This document shows, piece after piece, positions 62,310 through 64,000 of a stretch of 64,000 nucleotides of DNA. The notes beneath the pieces are model-generated. The model was not told the DNA's origin. It saw only the letters and a list, made by a program, of their open reading frames with translations, and made no database searches. A program made the translations under genes and the position numbers. Each line of letters opens with the position of its first letter. Position 1 is the stretch's first letter. This stretch comes from an uncultured Pelagibacteraceae bacterium (GTDB lineage: Bacteria > Pseudomonadota > Alphaproteobacteria > Pelagibacterales > AG-422-B15), in assembly GCA_902521655.1 (NCBI GenBank), contig CABYSM010000001.1, forward strand, positions 30,478 through 94,477, read 5' to 3'.

Positions 62310-62972
62310 TTATCGATATTTAGAATTCAATTCTCTTTCAATGTACTTTCTTACAACTTTTTCTAATCTATCCTGTTCGTTATCATAAAAATGATTTGCT
62401 CCAGAAATTTCCTCATAATCAACTGTGATATTTTTCTGTGATTTTAATTTTTCTGCTAATCGGGCAGTTTCTTCTGGCGCTACCATTTCATCTTTTTTGC
62501 CCTGCACAACTAATCCTGAAGCTGGGCAAGGTGCTAGAAAATTGAAATCATAAAGATTTGGTTGGGGTGATACGCTTATAAATCTGGTTATTTCTGGCCT
62601 TCTCATTAATAATTGCATGCAAAGCAATGCTCCAAATGAAAAACCAGCTACCCAACATTGATTTGTATTAGGATTTTGTCGCTGTATCCAGTCTAGCCCT
62701 GCAGCAGCATCTGCAAGTTCTCCAAGTCCATTATCAAATTTACCTTCACTTTTACCAACACCTCTAAGGTTAAATCTGAAAATAGAAAAACCTAATGAGT
62801 CAAATATAGAAAATAAATCCATTACAATTGGGTTATTCATAGTTCCTCCATATAAAGGATGAGGGTGAATAATTAGAGCTACAGGAGGATTTAAAGATTG
62901 ACCTTTTTTGTACTTGCCAACAAGTTTGCCATCTGGACCAGTAAAAACCACTTCTTTAACTTGATTATTCAT
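62310..62972 (-). CDS. Alpha/beta-fold hydrolase (uncharacterised, COG2945-like)
   Basis: 220 aa with HPHPLYGGTMNN and the nucleophile elbow GFSFG. Its stop abuts the anmK stop with 0-nt spacing. Confidence 0.6.
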   Translation of the reverse strand: MNNQVKEVVFTGPDGKLVGKYKKGQSLNPPVALIIHPHPLYGGTMNNPIVMDLFSIFDSLGFSIFRFNLRGVGKSEGKFDNGLGELADAAAGLDWIQRQNPNTNQCWVAGFSFGALLCMQLLMRRPEITRFISVSPQPNLYDFNFLAPCPASGLVVQGKKDEMVAPEETARLAEKLKSQKNITVDYEEISGANHFYDNEQDRLEKVVRKYIERELNSKYR

Positions 62973-63073
62973 ATTTAAGGACTAGATAGTTGACTAAATT
63001 AGTAGGTTATTATATGTAACCACTGAGACGGTATACTAAATTTGTTATTTAAAATTCAAGGCTTTTTTTTAAA

Positions 63074-63751
63074 ATGAGTAAAATCATTGATTTAATTGAC
63101 TCTTATATTGAAAGAGACCCAGCAGCAAAAGGAAGGATTGAGGTATTTTTTACCTCTCCAGGCTTGCATGCTATTGGCATATATCGTCTGTCAAATTTCT
63201 TGTGGTCTCTAAGGCTTCAGTTTATTGCAAAAGTAACATCTTATTTAGGCAGGCTGATTACTGGAATTGAAATTCATCCTGGTTCAAAAATTGGTGCTCG
63301 TTTCTTTATTGATCATGGAATGGGAGTTGTGATTGGTGAAACTGCGGAAATAGGTGATGATGTAACAATATACCATGGTGTAACTTTAGGAGGTATTTCT
63401 CCAAATGAAGACAGTGCAAGTCAAAAAGAAAAAAAGAGACATCCAACACTAGAAGATAAAGTGACTGTGGGATCTGGCGCTCAGATTTTGGGACCAATTA
63501 CAATAGGGCACAATTCAAAGGTTGGTTCAAACTCTGTAGTTACAACAAACATTGATCCTAATAGAAGTGTAATTGGTAACCCTGCAAGATATACAATAGT
63601 TGCTAACTCTACTGGGAAAAAGAAATTTAGAGCTTACGGTTTAAGTAAGGGAGATGACAGCAGAACTGCAATTGTTGATCAGATACAAAAAGATAACAAA
63701 GAGCTGCAAGAGAGAATTGCAGACTTAGAGAAATTAATAAAGGAAAAGTAA
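63074..63751 (+). CDS. cysE: Serine O-acetyltransferase
   Basis: [50 protein letters not shown] hexapeptide repeats, and KRHPTLED. Coiled-coil-like C-terminal tail. Confidence 0.9.
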   Translation: MSKIIDLIDSYIERDPAAKGRIEVFFTSPGLHAIGIYRLSNFLWSLRLQFIAKVTSYLGRLITGIEIHPGSKIGARFFIDHGMGVVIGETAEIGDDVTIYHGVTLGGISPNEDSASQKEKKRHPTLEDKVTVGSGAQILGPITIGHNSKVGSNSVVTTNIDPNRSVIGNPARYTIVANSTGKKKFRAYGLSKGDDSRTAIVDQIQKDNKELQERIADLEKLIKEK

Positions 63752-64000
63752 ATGAAAATAACATCAAAAGGAAGATACGCAGTTTTAGCAATGGTAGATA
63801 TTGCTAAGTTTGGTGAAGATACTCCGTGTAATTTGTCTCACGTTTCAGTTAGGCAAAATATTTCACTTTCATATCTTGAGCAAATTTTTAATGATTTAAA
63901 AAGAGCAAAGCTCGTTAAAAGCCAGAAGGGTCCTGGTGGTGGTTATAAGCTAAATAAAGAATCAACTGAAATTAGAATTCTAGATATTTTTAACGCTATT
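63752..64000 (+). CDS. Rrf2-family transcriptional regulator (IscR-like), 5' part only
   Basis: My translation from the ATG at 63752 gives MKITSKGRYAVLAMVDIAKFGEDTPCNLSHVSVRQNISLSYLEQIFNDLKRAKLVKSQKGPGGGYKL..., the Rrf2 signature. The ORF runs off the window. Confidence 0.75.
   Translation, partial: MKITSKGRYAVLAMVDIAKFGEDTPCNLSHVSVRQNISLSYLEQIFNDLKRAKLVKSQKGPGGGYKLNKESTEIRILDIFNAI

Noticed and set aside
1-64000. A window-wide search for CRISPR arrays, IS elements, integrases, toxin-antitoxin pairs, phage genes and known defence-system hallmarks.
   Set aside because: No repeat-spacer periodicity, no transposase/integrase/recombinase-like ORFs, and no small paired ORFs were seen. Every gap in the ORF track is explained by a partial gene, the prfB frameshift, or a short promoter spacer.

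Overview
This 64 kb window is very AT-rich (by eye about 30% GC, not computed) and extremely compact. From the ORF coordinates I estimate only about 1.4-1.5 kb is non-coding, so roughly 97-98% is coding. Gene content and order look alphaproteobacterial: rpsF-rpsR-rplI-dnaB-alr, fabD-fabG-acpP-fabF, pepA | lptF-lptG-lptD-surA-rsmA, purN-purM | DUF2066-CDP-OH-transferase-hdaA, NDUFA12-DUF2155, aroQ-accB-accC. The compaction fits a streamlined marine lineage such as Pelagibacterales/SAR11, but that assignment is inference only. About 60 protein genes are supported, almost all core housekeeping. I found no rRNA, tRNA, CRISPR array, transposase, integrase or phage genes, so this does not look like an accessory island. 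I cannot support any claim of a new multi-gene system such as a defence system here. The points worth a second look are listed below.
- A Der/EngA homolog has only one GTPase domain (GD2 plus KH).
- A translationally coupled tolC-padR-MFP-RND-RND operon is preceded by two perfect 17-bp palindromes 30 bp apart.
- anmK is split by a G8 homopolymer.
- A parvulin-less 203-aa SurA sits in an lptD-surA-rsmA cluster that lacks pdxA.
- prfB shows the classic +1 frameshift site; this is expected biology.
- Candidate tandem NrdR boxes lie upstream of a class II (B12-dependent) RNR gene.
- A minimal RNase E has an acidic S1 insertion and a C-terminal GWW tail.
- Six pairs of convergent genes overlap at their 3' ends.
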